DNA of 64,000 nt, from contig RSEE01000019.1 in NCBI GenBank assembly GCA_003971905.1, positions 372,001 through 436,000 on the forward strand, read 5' to 3'. This DNA is from Moniliella sp. 'wahieum' (lineage: Eukaryota). A model generated the notes under the pieces. That model was not told where the DNA came from. It made no database searches and saw nothing but the letters and a program-made list of their open reading frames with translations. Positions within the stretch are counted from its first letter, which is position 1. Each line of letters begins with the position of its first letter. Below are positions 40,494-52,855 of the stretch, in pieces. Both the position numbers and the translations under genes were made by a program.

Positions 40494-42050
40494 ATGCCAC
40501 CCCCACGAGGACGAGGCGGATCGAACAGTTCCAACTGGCGCGCTCGAGCCGCCCCTGTTACTGGGATGGAGGGAATGAATATCCTCCGCTGCGCACCAGC
40601 AGTGCGTCCAAGTACGCCCCATCCTCTCCGACTGTCCAATCCACTCGTCCCCGTGGCCCAACAGCCCTCTCAGTATCTTCTGCCGATTCACCAGCTCCGT
40701 CGGCGCACGACAACAATGGTATGCGGCGACGCGATCCTCGATCTTCCCTGGGGGCCCCGTTGACGCGATGCAGCTTTTGGCAAGCCCCAGTCGTGGACTT
40801 GACTCTGCGCTCACGACTGAAGATGGCAAACAGTGCGCCTCCCGCCCATCCTCCTTTTCCCGCGACTGACACAGATCTTATTCGTGATTGAGTAGACTCA
40901 GCCTAATGGACTCAGACACGCAAGATCAACTTCTAGTTTATATACAAGATCGCCTCCGTGTCCATGGCCAACGCCACCCGACCTCTTGGACAGAGCAGAA
41001 ACGATCCAGCTGTTTCTATCTCCCTCTGAGAAGCCTCCATTGCCATCAACAGCAGTTGATTCTCTCGAGCAAATTGGGCTTTTGCTAAGGAAACTGCGTG
41101 AGTCGTACACTGCTTCAAAGCGAGCGTATTATGTGCCGCTGGAGGGGCAAAAGAAGGGTATTGCACAGCTTGGTCCTATACACCTACATTCTCTCCGCCT
41201 TGATTTCCCTAGCGGTGTGGAACGTTCCAATGCTTCAAACATCCTTGGAAAATGTCCTTGATCTTCTCCTCCCTGTCTGTGAGGATTCATTCTCTTCTCT
41301 TTCGAATTCGGAACAACGACAACTGCAGAAGGACGTGCAGTGTATGCTGGGCCTCAAGGAGCCATTGGTCAACCCCATTGCCCCTTTGACTCCCCTGCCA
41401 AATTGGCTGATTGGGCGGCGAGTCTCAAAGTTCTTCTGAGTGCAGTTTCTCTTGTCGGGTCATCTACCGGTGCTGTTGGCCGACTGGCCAAAGGAAACCG
41501 AGTGGACCAGCTGAGGACATTGGCCTTCTGGCGGTCCACTCTCTCCGATCCTCACTGGGTTTTGGTGATTGAACCAGTGGCGCGAGCCATTCGTGCAGGT
41601 GACCCCCTTCGGCTCGCTGCTCAAGTCCGTGCGCCACCCTTATGCACTAGCTTGGCCCATGCCTCCATGCTCCACCATGTTCTTCTTCCCCTTCAGTCTA
41701 CCTCCTGGACCGTTCTGCAACGCGCCTACGTCACTGTTCCTCTACCCCGACGAATGATGGGGCGTGAATCCCGTGGGCCTGGTTGGGTCGACCGAGCACT
41801 ATTCATCACGCCCGACAAAGAGCCCGATCTGCTCCCAATCTTTCTCCAATCGCATGTCCCCAAAACGGTTGCAACCGGACCGGGAACAGCGAAGCTCCCC
41901 CTTTCCACTCTCCCTTCGAAGCCTTCCTTTCTGGGGGTTTGGGACACTCAACAACGTCTGTCCCTTATCCGTGTAGGGCAAGCCACCCACCTCGAACCCG
42001 AACAATGGAGCGAGGGGGAAGAGATGGTGCTCTCACTGCGGATTCGCTGA
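40494..42050 (+). CDS. Conserved fungal protein, possibly PCI/CSN8-PSMD8-eIF3K-like
   Basis: Overlapping frameshifted ORFs with SRLSLMD..TQ and LLLRKLRESYTAS, recalling fungal RKLREG proteins. Family assignment from memory only. Confidence 0.45.
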
Positions 42051-42821
42051 GGCGCATTCTGCATCTGCCAATCTCTATCCTGGCAGTCCTACGTTACTAG
42101 GGTTTCGGAGCCAAGTAGTGCACATGAAGCGTACGAGGCCCTGCCGAACCTTGTTTGGGGACACAGTGTTTGGATTTGTGGTTTCTGGCATACAATGCAG
42201 AAGTCATTTTAGGAACAAAAGGATTGGGTTGCAGTGCGGCCACAGCTGCTATTGAATGGTGTTGTATAACATAATGTCCGTCCATGGTTTGCAAATATGG
42301 TGGGGTGCCAGTTAGTCCAACTTAGTATAGATGTCTTCCACCTCGTTGCGATAACAAGGGATGAAGACAGGGAACTACCCCCGCCAGGCCTGCTTCAAAC
42401 ATCTTGAGTACCTGGAGCGTGCAGGCTAATGAACTCGCTTCAAAAACGATGCATTTCATGCAGCGTTAGTTCCACGGCGTTGTTAGCCAAGTCCAACTAT
42501 GAATTCCACTATACCGATCCAGACTGCGGGGCCCGCCTAATACTGGAAATGGCAGTGCAGAATATGCAATACGGGAGACCACTCTCTCTATACACGACCG
42601 CTGGCCGAGTCTTGATGGAATCGGGACGGGTACAAGGCTCTTAGATGTGATGGAGCGTGGCAGATCGTCTGGTCAACCCGTCATATGCCATGTGACAACG
42701 GACGATAAACGAAGATATGATCAACTTCAAGCGATCTGGATTATAAACGTGACGACGGGGAAATGTGGTTGTGTATGCGATGAGGGGAATACATCGTTAG
42801 CCCACGCACTTCTGTTCTGTG

Positions 42822-44489
42822 TCAGGTTAGCTTGAACAGCTCAGGCGCCCCCTGGTCGTGCAAAGTCAGCTCAGAAAAGGCATCAGCCATCACGTCGTCT
42901 TTCGTTTGAGAGAAATAGTTCTCCATGATAGAGAACGCCTTCTGAGAAATGTCGTGATTCTCATGGCTTTGCAGACGTTGAATAGTCGCCGCCCCTCCAG
43001 CCTCTTCGACCTGAAGCGCATAAATGTTGATGGCCCCGGCCCCATTTATCTTGTCCAATTCGCCAACACGGAGAATACTGTCGATTCCTCCAAGCGTATA
43101 AACGCTGGGCGCGACCTTCAACACATCGCACAAGGGCTTGATGCAACCTTGGTGCACAAGGTAACGAGTCTGGGCCAGTTGCTCCATCCGTTCGCCGCGG
43201 CGTTGGTCAAGACCCAGCAAGCCTCCTTGCGGATATCGGGATGGGCCGATTTGAGAAGTTCGATCAATGGCGGGATGATGCCAGCGTCGATGACTGCTTG
43301 AGATTGATGGGGGGCCAGCGGTGATGTTCGAGATGGTCCAGCAGGCATCTTTTATGATTCCATCCTTCGGCGAGGATAGAAGGGCAAGGAGAGGGGTAAG
43401 CGCCCCGGATACCACAACAACCTGGGTCTGCAGTGTACCCACGACAATGTTGCCGACCGAGTTAGAGCAGAACTCTGGACTGCTGCCGAATCGACGGCCA
43501 GCAATTCAATCAAGCGAGGAACAATTCCCGACTCAATCACAGCTTGGTTGCCGAGTGAGGGTGTGAGCCGGCAGACAGGTAGGCGACTGCCGAGCAGGTA
43601 TCAATTAGAATCTCCTCATCGGTTGAGTGAAGGAGCTTGGCTAGCACGGGCAAAGCCGGAGCGACCAGCTCCCAGGCAGGGAGTTCCGTTGCCACCACAA
43701 ACGTTGTGCAGCGTCCAAGCAACGTTTCTCAGCAAACTTATCTTTTGGTTCTCGTTGAAAAGGGAAAGAAGTGGAGCCATGGCACCTTCGTTGAGGACCA
43801 AGTCGCGGCATGCAATGCTCCCACCAGCGATATTACCTAGGGCCCAAACTGCTTCTTCCTGCATGTTGATGTTGGGTGACCTGAGCAGCTGAATAAGGCT
43901 GGAACGGCGCCAGCCATGGCGACCGCTTCGATGTACTGTGATTCCCCCGAGGCAATACTGGTCAAGAACCATGCTGCCTCGAACTGGATTGCCTCACTGT
44001 TGCTTGCTAGGCACTGAACAAAGCGAGGAAGGAGGTTCGCATAAATCACATCCTCAATAAAAATCTCCGGGCTATCCCCTTATTGTATAGAAGGTTACGA
44101 AACTGCGTCGTAGCTTCCAGCTGGTCCCGCTCGCTTTCCGACATGAGTTTGGCCACCAACTGGGGCGGGAAAACCTGATGTTGCGCAGAGCACTGTCAGC
44201 ATGGTGAATTCGGCTAGAGGCACAACATAGCTACCAGTGGCAAAACACGCACCAATCCGTTAGAGTAAGAACTAGACACATCTTCGTCATTGGACACGTT
44301 ATCCGTTTCTTCATTTGTATGTTAGTGGGGGGCGGGAAACATCTGGCGGTACGAGTGGTTGCTTGCGAGGCGTTTCTGGTGGCGGATTCGAGCCTGCTGG
44401 TCTTCGCGGCAGCGGATATCATCTCCCTGAAGGATGCAATCGCTCTTGTACGACTCCAGTCGTCCGGTGTTGTGCTCAGGTTGGAACAT
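42822..44489 (-). CDS. Importin-alpha (karyopherin alpha), divergent
   Basis: ARM repeats [53 protein letters not shown]. Degenerate IBB-like N-terminus. Introns. Confidence 0.88.
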
Positions 44490-45566
44490 GGGCTACAGGG
44501 GGTAGGGGTTAAGAATGGGAAGTGGGAGGAAAGGGAGAGACGGTGGGCGTGAGGTGGTGGTGGTGGTGGCAGAGTGAGGCCGGGCTTGAATGGGCTCCGA
44601 CTGTGGGGCTATATAGGCCACAGCAGTCGTACACTCAAATGGAGCGGTTCCTATGTAGTAGACTAGACTGACCCTGGCATGGCCACGTTGGCTTGCAGCT
44701 TCATGCACAACCTTGTTTGTACAACTGCCTCGATTCTCTCTTTTCATCGTCACGTAGCACTCCCAGCGATTAGTGCCACACGTCTATATATTGGGACTCC
44801 CCTGGTTCCCCGACAGGGTCCCCCCCCTGGGCACGGAAATCCGGCGCAATCATTAGTCCATCTCTGTCGATCATCGATCATCTGACAGCCTCTCTGCTTT
44901 TGGGAGTTGCGCTTATGGCACCGGGATCATCGATCGACCTAACCGGATGGAGCAAATGCGTGGTCGTTAATCGATGATTGTTGCTCCGCGATCAGCACTT
45001 CGTTACTCCGTCTTCGGAGTACTGTGGGAGGCGGGCAAGGCAGGGCAGGAAGTGGTGGGATGCAATGGTCTTTGAATCGACAACCCCGCCCAGAATGCTG
45101 CCAGCGGGTGTTCTGTATAGGGAGCGGTGAACTACCAGTAGCCGATACTCCGTAAATACATATGGTCTGTCATTCAAACCAAGTCCCCACATGTCTTCTG
45201 TTTTGACACTCAACGTACTCAACCTCATATGGGGGGCGCCAGTTGGCAGCAATCGCCGATGGAAGAGCGAGTGAACCGCGTCTTGTACATGTTCCTACCA
45301 GTTGTTTTGCAAACACTATGAATCCACAATGCAATGAAGTAATACAACTAACTGCAGTGCAGATAGCACTCAGTCAACCTTTGCTGTTCATAAAGCTTCC
45401 GAAGCTTCCAGCAAGACTTACCCCTTTTCCCAGGTGAAAGCTGTCAGCGCGTAAGCAGATCTGACAAATCACGTTCCTTCCACACTCTGTTATCCGACTC
45501 TCCCTTATGTTCTGCCTCTGACGGGCTCCTCTTCTGGAATACATCCACCATCATCCTGCTCCCTTT

Positions 45567-47367
45567 GAATTCATATCATTGACAGAGCTTAAGGCTGGGA
45601 CAGGGGGAACGCTACGTCTAAACCGAACCGTTCATCTTGCGGGGTTACTTGGAAGCGCCACTAAGGTCAAGGAACCAGGGGGATCGCCAGGATATCAGGA
45701 CCCTCCGGCTCTCGCCATCCGGTCCCGTACCCTAGGAAGCGCGTGTGGACACGGATGAACGTGGTTGACATCCGAGCGAGGAACCATTTCCACTGAGACT
45801 TAGTAGCCAACTCCTTCCAATGTGCAAACAACTTGCCCGCCGTCTTGGTGCCGTAGTATCCTCGCGTCGTCAGAACCAGGGGGAAAAACGGCTCTTGAGT
45901 GCGTCCCTGGTACTTGGCGTTCTTGTCGCATTCTGCTTGTTCAAGCAGCCGAAGCAGTTCCTTCTCCGGCGTTCCAAAGGCGACGCAGTGCTCTCATGCA
46001 CCACCCCCGGTACGCGCTCTGCGCCTCCTGCGATCCCGTGTCGCGCAGCGTGTGGTCTACCTCCATTCCGGTTCCTCCCAGTGCTCCGGGCCCCATCACA
46101 CGGTAATCGGTGCGCTGTGCCTTCCGTCCGCGCCTCGTCCCATCCTCTTCCTCCACCATAGGTTCGTTGTGGACGTGGGTGTCGGGGATGGCGGAGGAGC
46201 TGGAGAATGGGCTCCCGCACTGCCTCATGCAACGCACCAAACTTGGCCTGGGTGCGGGTGCAGGACATGATGTGTTCCAGCGAGGACATGACGCCACACT
46301 TGCACATGCTGCGCGTGGTGCGGCACAGCGTGCGGAGCTGGGACCAACCGGACCTGCTGGTCAGAGAGCTTGAGGTACGGGACGGATGGAATGGCGGAGA
46401 GCCAGTTGTGGCTCAGCGGGTTGCTGTGTCAACCACATGGCGACCGTCGGCATCGTCCAGCTTCTGGAGCAGCTCCTGTCGACTTTGCTCCCACATCTCG
46501 CAGCGCTGGCGTTGCTTCGTAAATGCGTTGGCCCTTGCCGTTTGCGGTCCCGACGGTCAACATAAGTGGTAATAAGATAGTCGTTGACCTCGTTGGCCGC
46601 GGCACGGGCGTGGGGCGCGATATACGAGTAAAGCGGGCTGCCACATCCTCCCAGCCGAAGAGGCAGGCTCATGAGCATGTCGAAGTGGTCGTCCTTGGCA
46701 CCTTGGGGATCCTCGTCGCCCCGGATCCGTCTGAACTCCGTACAGATGAAGGCATCAATCTCGGCCAGCACGTCGTCTAGCTCTCCTTCCATCTGCATGG
46801 TGCGGAGCAGGTGGCGCAGCTTGGTCTGGGTGCTGAGCCGCCATAGTAAGAGGCGTCCCTGGCGGGTGATGCCATCAAACTTAGGCATGTTCTCCCTCAG
46901 ACTGGCCAGTTGGGCCCGGAGCCACGATCGACGACAGTCTACCCCTCCCACACAAGTGCCCAGAACCTGCAGACCATCCTCCCGAATCTGGTCCCGGTCC
47001 CGCTCGACACACTTGCGCAGGTTGAGCTTGAGGCCTGACGCGTCGTCTTCCAAAATCTCCGCGGCTAAGCCGGTAATGCCTGGCCCTGGACCGAAGATCG
47101 TAATGTCGTCCAGGTATGCCATCACTAGGTGCCCCGGCGGCAAAGCATCTCTCAACTTCTCTAGCGTGGGCCGCACTGCAATGGAGAAGAAAAAGGGGGC
47201 GAGGGGGTCGCCTTGCCGCACGCCCTCTGCCGACAGGACGTTGGTCTCATTTCCGCCCGACGCGACCCGAGCTGGGTGGGGGAACCATAGATCCATCGGC
47301 CCAAGGCGAGGAGATGGGGGGCGTAGGCATGGAGCGCCTTGGCGAGTGTGCGACGTATATCGCAGAC
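45567..47367 (-). mobile_element. 5'-truncated CRE-clade non-LTR retrotransposon (RT plus restriction-like endonuclease)
   Basis: RT motifs W.YGSP, GVRQGDPLAPFFF, AYLDD, GLKLN..K, VLGTCVG, SLPLRLGGCG. CKCG...EHIMSC zinc knuckle and RTDY...E.D endonuclease. Ends ATGAATTC. TSD CCCTTT at 45561-45566 and 47368-47373. Confidence 0.9.
45667..47360 (-). pseudogene. Truncated, frameshifted RT-endonuclease ORF
   Basis: Starts just after the expected DxxNAFN motif. Stop after ...DILAIPLVP. Confidence 0.85.
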
Positions 47368-47802
47368 CCCTTTTTTCTTTACGTCATGCTTACCTATTTG
47401 TTGCGGGGCGGAATGCGCACCCCACCCCCGCGTGCTCAGCCATGCACATGGGTGATAAAATTCCTCCAGCGTGGAATGGAGGCTACGATGGCGACGGTGG
47501 ACCGGTGGCTAAGGTGACGATGGGGGGGAACGGTGGCTACGGTGGCGAAGGCGGACCGGTGGCTAAGGTGGCGACGCAGCACAGCTGGGGCGAAGCCCCA
47601 GCTGACCGGGCCGTAGGCCCGGTGGTCTTCTAGTGGAACTAAAAGATAGGGAAAAGAAAAGCAATCCCATCGTAAATCAACGCATGAGAGGGAGACACAC
47701 AAAGGGGTCGCGGAAGATCTAGAACAGGGTCATACGCACAGCCGGTGGGTACGTGTGTGGACCCGTCAACCAAGCTGGCTGCATGATAGTTGTGCCCCAT
47801 AC

Positions 47803-49145
47803 TCATTCGTCTTCATCATAACCCGCCTCCTCCTCCTCTTCCAGAACATCCTCATCGTCTGCACCTTGGCCATAGTCCTCATCGTCATCGCTGGGAGGAG
47901 GTGTTGGAGGAGGATAGACCATATCGTTGAGGATAGAGTTTAGCGGCTCCATCACCCTGAAGGTCTCGATCAAGCGGTCGATAAAGTCAGTTGCGAGGAC
48001 TTCCTGATCCGTAAAATTGCGCTTCACCAGGAATGAACGGAGGCGAAGCCATGCAATGTCCTTGTGCTCCTTGATGTTCGGTACCCCCTCGATTTTGGGA
48101 GCCACCTTAAGTTCGTCTTCAAATCCGAACAAGTTTTGTGCTTCCGCTTGGCTCTGCCTGGTTGTGACAATTGTATCTTTTTGGCCTGCCTTCCTTTTTT
48201 GTCCGTCGTGTTCTTAGCTGCGGCAACAGGAGGAGACGCTTTACCAAATGGGCCTCAAACTCAGGGTAGAGACCTGTGGACGAAGGTTAGAGGGAATTCA
48301 CATCAGGAGGAAGTGGGGGGGGAGGAGCGGGAATGGTGGGCAACATACCACCTGCTTTAGTCGCTGGCCAGCTCTGTATTGTCCAAAATGTGCTGTCGGA
48401 TAGTGGCGAGATGGTTCTTGTTGGGTTGCCATCGTCCACCCGCTGCAAACGACGGTTGCCTGGCTCTAGCTGAACATGGTACGCAGCAATTCTCCCTTGC
48501 GCCCACCCCGACTGAAAGTAGCGCACAAGTTGGTCTTATAGGGTACTTGCGACTTGGAGAAACGAATATCCCGGTAGATGCGGTATACCATATCCCGGGC
48601 TGGCAGCCAGGGCACCGTATCGTCAATGTCCATCAAACGAGGAAGCACTGCCATCGTAAATGCCTGGAGGTTTGTCCCATGCGTATTGGTACAGCTCCTT
48701 GTTCGCTGCAAACCACTCTCTCGAGTTCTTCTCGTCATCTTGAAGCTCCCGAAGAAAGTTCATGAGAGTTGGGCTGATTTGGTCCGGGGGAGGGGGTTTG
48801 GTAGGTGCCCGAGCCAGTTGACCACCCTTTGCCCGGGACGTGGACGGTCGCCCCTAGGCTGGATCTTCTGACGTTTTCGTGTGGAGTGAGAAGTTTGATC
48901 GCTAGATGATGCTCCCCCTTCATCGAGGTCCTTCTCTCCCTTCCTCCTTTCGTCTTCTTCCTTCTCCGAAGCGTGGAACGCATCCGAATCGTCTTCGTCT
49001 TCCGAAGCCGCTCGGTGATGCCGCCTCGACGCGACTGGCGGGTGTGTCAGACTCAGACTCGTCAGTCTCCTCCTTATAGGAAACACGGGCCTTGCGACGC
49101 GTAGGAATGGCGGTTAGGAGTTGCTGTAGCGCGACGGGGAGGCAT
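47803..49145 (-). CDS. DUF2461 (TIGR02453-like) protein
   Basis: MVYRIYRDIRFSKSQVPYK, ELKVAPK, IAWLRLRSF, acidic N- and C-terminal tails. Confidence 0.8.
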
Positions 49146-49563
49146 GGATCTGGCGATGGTGGTTTGTCGTGGGGCCAACGGAACGGGATGCGAGTGCGCT
49201 TAACCAGGCCACCGGCCACCTGGGTCACCGATCACGGCGTTTGAACGATGATACCGAGCCTGTGACTAGTGATCGGTGATCGGTGACCGGTGACCGGCGA
49301 CCGTCGCCCATATAGGTGCCAAAATGTTCATATTCCGAGCACCCTAACTATAGCACAACAAACCGTAACCGTCTTTTTCCTTCTTTACCACTGTGTACTT
49401 ATCCTTCTGCCGCCCATCGAAAGTCGTCTATTTCGAAGCTGAACCGGGGACCATTTGTTTGGCAGGGTAGAGAAACAATGGAGATACATAACCTCATCAA
49501 TCATCCGGGGTATACGCCCGTCAAAAAAGCGATGAGGTGTTGGATTGCATCGAGTGAGAAAAC

Positions 49564-50972
49564 CTAGTAGCCGCCCATAGTAGCCGCCTTGTGGGGTCCT
49601 TGTCCCCATGGTGGGCACCGGACGCCACCGCCATAACCTGCCCCGCATATCCTGCCCCGCCATACCCTCCCTGGGTCTGGTTGTTATGAAACCTGGGTAG
49701 GGCGCCTGTCCAGAAAAATCAGAGCCACCCCGCCGTGGGACTGACCTCGGGAAGGCCATGTGGCTGCCGTAGCCGCTGTCGGGGTACTGGCACCGGGGTG
49801 GTTACCAGCTGCTTGGTGTTGAGTAGAAGACCCTGGAAAAGCAATTGTTAGACACGTTTCGTTTTTGTAGTGGAGATGTATAGTATATCACGCACATTCG
49901 AGGAACACAAACGCATAGCATCTCGCCCGCCTTCTGCACAGCATCATCCTTTGGTTCCTTGAGCTGACCACTTTGGGACTTTTGCTCCCATAGGTCGGAG
50001 GCATGGGCATGGCAGCTGCAACATAAAGGGACCAGAGTTAGCCATCCTCTCGACTTCCAACAAAGACCAATGGGACATAGGTGGTTCTTAGCGCCTGCGT
50101 CAGGGTGGCCTTGATTGCTACCCAGGACGTTTGCATGGCGTGAACCGCTGATGCACCGGCAATGTCATGAGCCCCGACAGTACTAGAAGGATCAATGCAC
50201 GTTGGTGCGCTTGTTGCAACGTCGCAGCATCCGGAGGAGGGGTGGAGGATAAGTCGGCCTCCCGCGAGAGGAGGGATGAGGCGACCGAGGAAAACATACT
50301 GGAGTTACCGCCCGAGCCTCCCGAGCCACCTTTAAATGTCGAGGCAAGCTTGATGAGTGTCTTGACATCCAATCCTCCGCCCCCACCTCCACCCGATCCA
50401 TTCTTGCCGGTAAACGCGGAAGCCAGGCCCATCAGTTTGGATACATCGAACCCAGAACTAGACGAAGCACCCGATGCACCGCCATGGGAACCACCACCGG
50501 CAGCTCCCATGGCGGCGCCTAGCAAGGAGCCAAAGCCCCCTCCACCTCCGCCAGATTGGCCTTGCGGTGCTCCCGAGTGGCCACCGCTTTGGCCCATAGA
50601 GGAAGCTGCAGCCCCCAGTAACGATCCCAAACCACCGGCGCCGCTGCTACCTCCCCCGCCTTGTTGAGTACCATGGTTTCCGCCGGCCCCTCCGGCAGCC
50701 CCGAGGAGGGAGCCCAGGTTAAATCCACCGCCGCCACCGCTCTGGCCGCCGGCTTGGGGGTTTCCATGTCCTGAGTTGGCCCCGGCCATCGCGGACGAGG
50801 CCATGTTGAAAAGGGCACCCATGTCCATCCCACCGCCATTGCCAGCCGGACGGGCCGATTGTTGCTCGTTGTGGCTACCTTGCTGGCCCTGCGGGCCCAT
50901 GAATGATGAGGCGAGGCCCATGAGGGCGCTGGGGTCGAATGCGCGCTGGTTCTGGTCGTGAGGGTTTGCCAT
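49564..50972 (-). CDS. Glycine-rich protein, beta-flanking-protein-like
   Basis: Repeated GGGG-LGSLLGAA units, QQAHQRA, downstream KDDAVQKAGEML. Intron near 49840-49900. Family assignment tentative. Confidence 0.5.
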
Positions 50973-52855
50973 ACTGGGTGAGGTGCAAGTCAGGGGGGGG
51001 TGCTGGTAGGTGGGGGGGCGAGGAGAGGCGCGAGGCGTGGGTGGATGGAAAACGCCTCGGAGGTGTGGAAGGGGTGTGTGATGGGCTGCTGCGGAGCGGC
51101 TGTGCGGAGGGTACTGGGTACGCGCCCAGTGTGCACAGGCCGAGTACCCAGGGACTAGTGACTAGTGACTAGTGAGATCTGAGATCTGACATGTGACACG
51201 TGCCAAGTCGATGGTCGATGATCTCATCGATGATTGCGGGCCCCTGGCTGCCACTGTTGAAATTAACCTAGTTAATTGGCTCCGCTCTGGAGTAGTCGAA
51301 GCGGTGCCCGATCCCGACGTTGAAAGTTGAACATTGACGCGCTGAACGCCCTAACTCCGTTGAACGTTCCTGGATCGTCACCGTCGTCTTGGACGAACGC
51401 GCCCACACCTGCCCGCACCTGCCCACACCCAACTGCGGCAACACAAGTCTGGCGACGAAGCTGATGTAGACGACAAGCGCATATGCGTCCGCAGCATCAC
51501 CATCTTCCTGTCCCGAACGTAATGGTATGATGGTAATCGAAAGAGCAAGAAGCAACAGCTACCGATGCCCAGTGCCCTCCACCATAATCCCTCCTTTTTG
51601 ACCCGCTCAACCAAAATCACGTCCTTGGGGGGGGATGAATGTAGTGCACCGTATCGAGAAATGCCCACAGCCACTTGGGGGGGGAGAAGAAACCCTGGCC
51701 AGGGGAGGGCACGGCTAGCCGCAAGCCATGACTGCCCCCACCTGAACTCATAACTGCAGAAGATCCGAGAACAGGCAGTTGATGGTGTATTGATTGCACA
51801 TGAGCTACAGAAGAGGCTCGAGATTTTCCTGCCATCCAGGGAGGAATGCTGGAAGGAATACACTGGAAGGACCCGGGCTTAGGCTAGTACCGGCGCCACA
51901 GTAACCCACAGAAGCCGCCTGGTGTCATAACCCAGAAGGGAGAATGAAGGAGAGGAGAGGGTGAGGTTTTGAGGAAGGGTGCAGGCGGGTATGGAACGGA
52001 TAAGGCCTTATCTATGTATCCGAGGGAACCACGGAGCCAAGGGAGCGCCCGGGGAATGAAAGAGAGGAGTGATGCCTGTCACGAAGGAATATAGCGTGTT
52101 GATTAACGAATGATTGTGGTATCGCCCAACAGAGATTGTAGTTGGGGGAATCCCACTCTCGTGTCCTTCTTTTGTGCATCATGGTGAGATCGAGTCGGGG
52201 GTAATCTACACGCATCTTCCGAGCGGAAGCATCGAATTCGTCCATTCGGCCACGGAGCGCAGATTGAGCTTTTAGCGAGAGGTGGTATATGGAACCCCGC
52301 TCGAACACAAAAGCTGTTCTTCCGGCTTTGGGCTATCTTCTCTTGTGGGGCTGATTAACGATTCAAAAAGTACACAAACGCCTTCCCATCATTAATCGAA
52401 GAGGCGCAAAAAGTGACGTTAGTAAGCGGCTGAGCTGAGCGCTTAGTCTAAGCGCTTAGTTATTGCTGTTTAGCGCTTAGTGCTCTGTATAGCGCTGTGG
52501 ATTGGCGATGCCGTCATCGCGTCAGCGCTGAGGCTCAGCGCTCATCATTCGGCCGGCGAAGTGGCGGATCTGATAAGATGGCACGATCAGATCCACTGCC
52601 CCCGTACCCCGCGTTTTTTGTTTCGCTGTTCCAGCGCCTGCTCCATGCAGGCGCCGGACACGGCCAGCCTGCTACACCCCAGCCGGAGGATTCCCATATT
52701 CAGCCTGAATTCAGCCTAAAGCTTATAAGCTTTTCGTACCTCCGTTTCTTCTTGCGCCCTTTATCTGCAGCCAGCGCTGCTCCAGCTCCATCCATTACCA
52801 TCACCACCCCCCCACCATTCCCAAACCATCCCCAGCCCGCTCCTTTTCGAGCATC

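Larger units (their letters stand above)
45517..47633 (+). mobile_element. Short non-autonomous Helitron-like element, copy B, interrupted by the 1.8-kb CRE copy
   Basis: 3' end CAGCTGGGGCGAAGCCCCAGCTG-ACCGGGCCGTAGGCCCGGT-GGTCTT-CTAG|T. Internal GGTGGCTA(A/C)GGTG repeats. Homology to copy A begins at TCTGAC (45517). Confidence 0.6.

Noticed and set aside
47575..47633. HDV-like or hammerhead ribozyme at the retrotransposon 5' side
   Set aside because: I found no nested pseudoknot and no CUGANGA/GAAA core, only simple hairpins.
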